Shown here piece by piece: positions 61,370 to 64,000 of a stretch of DNA of 64,000 bases (position 1 is the first letter of the stretch; each line of letters opens with the position of its first letter). Below the pieces are notes generated by a model. The model made no database searches. It saw only the letters and a program-made list of their open reading frames with translations, and was not told where the DNA came from. A program made the translations under genes and the position numbers. The stretch is from Podarcis melisellensis. Lineage: Eukaryota. The stretch lies in NCBI GenBank assembly GCA_964234715.1, contig OZ174276.1; one strand, 5' to 3'.

Positions 61370-61500
61370 CTGATAATCTCTTTGTGCCCGTTCTTGGCTG
61401 CCAAGTGAAGAGGAGTGGTGTAGTTAGGGTCACTTGTGTCTTTGGATTGTCCCTCAAGCAGAGCCACACACATGTGGCTGTTCAAAAGCAGTTGGGCCAC
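61370..61500 (-). CDS. CASKIN2: CASKIN2 ankyrin exon ([11 protein letters not shown]…GHKEII-R)
   Basis: ctttag|, |gtaagt on minus strand. Confidence 0.95.
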
Positions 61501-64000
61501 CTAAAGTGAACAAAAGAATGGAGGCAGGGTGACAGAAGGAAGCGAGGGACCCAAAATGATATCAGACGACTGACAGGTGAGTGGTCTCACCCACCTGTCG
61601 AAGTTGGCCTGCAAGGTTACAAGGAGACAGTGACCAAGCACGACTGAAATCCCCATGGATCAGCTGATCAAACCTGCTTTCTGCAGGTTCAGATGCACCT
61701 GAGAGATCTTGTATATCCAAACTAAGCAGAATTGTCACACACAACCCAGGCGTTAGCCGATGTGTGGGGAATTCAATCCTGCTGTGTAAGGAGCTGCTGA
61801 TCCAGCTGTGGGCCAAATGGGAAGGTCCTGTGGGCCAAATTCCATCCGTAGCTGGAAGTTCTGCATCCACACCAAGTGCTTTGAAGTAGCCACTTCTCCT
61901 TTTCCACCACAGCAGACAAGAAAGTGGATGGGGTTGGGGGCAATGGATGGATGACACCTGCTGTATCTTTGCCTTGCTTCAGAGCTCTCAAAGGGGCAGA
62001 AGCCCTGTGCCTTTTGGCACAGAGTCGGCCTTGCTATCACAATTGCCTCAACCATCTCTTTTGCAGGCAGAAAGGGTACAAATGCAGGGCCCAGGGCTGC
62101 AAACTGGAAAAGGTCGCTACAGTGGGAAATAGTTTTAACCTTAGGGTGCTTTGGGTTTGAGCTGGCCTTGCCCGCAGGGAACACCTACACACCTACACAA
62201 ACAATGTGGAACTTGTACTAGAGGCCTGCTATTCTTTGTTATGGTGACTTGAGATTTATCACCCTATTTATATCCCATTTGTTATAAAAATGGACACTGA
62301 AGCCACCCCCTGCCATGGGATGAGAATAGAATGATGCCATTCCATTGCCTCCCTTTGGTGCACGTCCCTTGCACTAATACCCACCCACCCCTCCTGTCTT
62401 CACATACATTTGCTGCCCTGCCCTTTAGGTTAGGGGGAAGTCCCCCACCCCCAGGAATTCTGAGCAGCCTCTCTGCACCTGTCTTGAATAGTGGAGACAG
62501 GAATCCACCGCCAGCTCTGCCAGGTTGGAATCCCAGGCCTTCTGGCCCAGCTGGCCTTGCTTTGGCCTCTGCAGTCTGGAGGGATTAGCAAGGCTCAGGG
62601 CCTGTCTGGCTTCTGGTGGGAGTGGTGGAGAAGGACCTGAATGTGCATGCAGTGGGAATGGAGGTTCCTGGGTGCTGTGTTATGTCCCGGTGCCATGGCG
62701 AGGCCTTGAACAGGAGGTATCCCTCCACAACCCCTGGGCCTACTCACAAGTGCCTGCAGCAGCATGATTACCACAGAAAGCCATTCTTTGGCACAGGAAG
62801 ACCTTTGGAGATGTATGAAGACTTTATAGCAGCAGGAATGGGGAATCTGAACGTCTCCATAGGACAGAGGAGAGAGAGGAGATATGGATTTTGTTGAGAT
62901 TACATCAGCCCAACCCCGCCAGAAGCTGGAAATAAGAACAGTGAAAGGGATAGGGTGGACCACAGTGTATGCCATCTTGACAGCTTCTGAGACTTTCAGA
63001 CAGAGAAGAAGAGATGTGGATTATATTTATAAATGATTTATTAATGAGCTGGTTGTATGTAAAATTGAGGATTAAATTTGGCGAAATGTGAAGGGTGGGT
63101 GGTGCCAGGAGATTGGAAGTGTCAGGGGGAGGAAATGTATATTATATATTTATACACACACATAAATTCTAGGGGTTTCATTTTCACCCTCTGGATGCAG
63201 CACCTGTGAGGCTGAGTTGTTTATTACTGGGGCCAGATGTCATACAGCAATGTTCAAGGCCATGTTAGGGAGGAATGCATGCATGTTGTCTGGGAGGAAG
63301 CAGGATCTGTTTTTCTCAGGCAAAGTGTTACTCAAGAGGTATGAGAAGGAAATGTTTCAAAATTGATGAATGACTATTAGAAAAGATTATTTACTCTACT
63401 CGACGATTATGAGGACAGGTTATAAAAATGTATTAAAGCCATAGCAGAAACTGGTAACTGTACAGGTGATGTGTAGAGAGAAGGGATGAATGTATTTTGA
63501 AGTGACAGCTGGAAAAGGTATGATATTGGGAGCAGCAAAGGAGGGAGGAAAATAGAGGGGACATCGGGGGTGGGAAGTCAGCTTTTAAATTTGTACTGGA
63601 ATTTGTAGTGATTTGGTGACAATTTGTTAAAAATTGTGGAAAATCAATAAAAATAATTTGGGGGTGGGGAAGGAATGGGGAATCTGAGCCCCTCCCACTG
63701 TTGATGGGCTTCAGTTCCTGTCAGCCTCAGCCAATGTGACTGACAGTGAGGGAATGATGTCAGTTGCCGCCATCTTGAGTTATGATATTGTTCCGCCCTA
63801 ATAGCTGGGATGTTCCTTTGCAAGTGGCTCGCAGCTGGCTTAGAAAAGTTCTGCAGGACAGGATGGAACAAGATAGTAAAACTCTTCCTACATTACTGCC
63901 AGCAGCTGTGGAAACTCCTGCTGTGCCAGAGCACATTATCATTTCCATCATATTTGTTAGTCCTTTTATCTTGCAACCAAAGGCAACCCAAAGTGGCTTA

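Larger units (their letters stand above)
38896..61500 (-). other. CASKIN2: CASKIN2 gene body (5'-truncated), 15 core coding exons; ankyrin-SH3-SAM-SAM-proline-rich scaffold
   Basis: Spliced translation matches Caskin-2 as I recall it ([74 protein letters not shown]); tail-to-tail with TMEM94 as in human. Confidence 0.96.

Overview
This is vertebrate genomic DNA. Sauria SINEs and the CR1/L2/MITE repertoire point to a squamate, probably a lacertid lizard (inference). The window holds two convergent multi-exon genes, as in the human TMEM94-CASKIN2 arrangement. TMEM94 (+ strand) starts upstream of the window; 28 coding exons can be traced from 1 to the stop at 32048 (…KLGMNSPF*), all with GT-AG junctions and consistent phase, and its likely poly(A) signal is at 35008. 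CASKIN2 (- strand) also starts outside the window; 15 core coding exons run from 61500 to the stop at 38896 (ankyrin repeats, SH3, two SAM domains, a 2.2-kb proline-rich exon, C-terminal motif). Introns carry Tc1/mariner and hAT-like MITEs, SINEs, LINE fragments and microsatellites. Most ORFs in the supplied track are incidental. I found no clearly new multi-gene system. The best leads are two TSD-bounded fold-back Penelope-like insertions carrying hammerhead-ribozyme cores (one intact, sense to TMEM94), a MITE whose TSD duplicated a splice donor, candidate in-frame microexons in both genes, a decayed C2H2 zinc-finger fragment in a CASKIN2 intron, and CTCF motifs near the junction of the convergent genes. 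All coordinates were read by hand.
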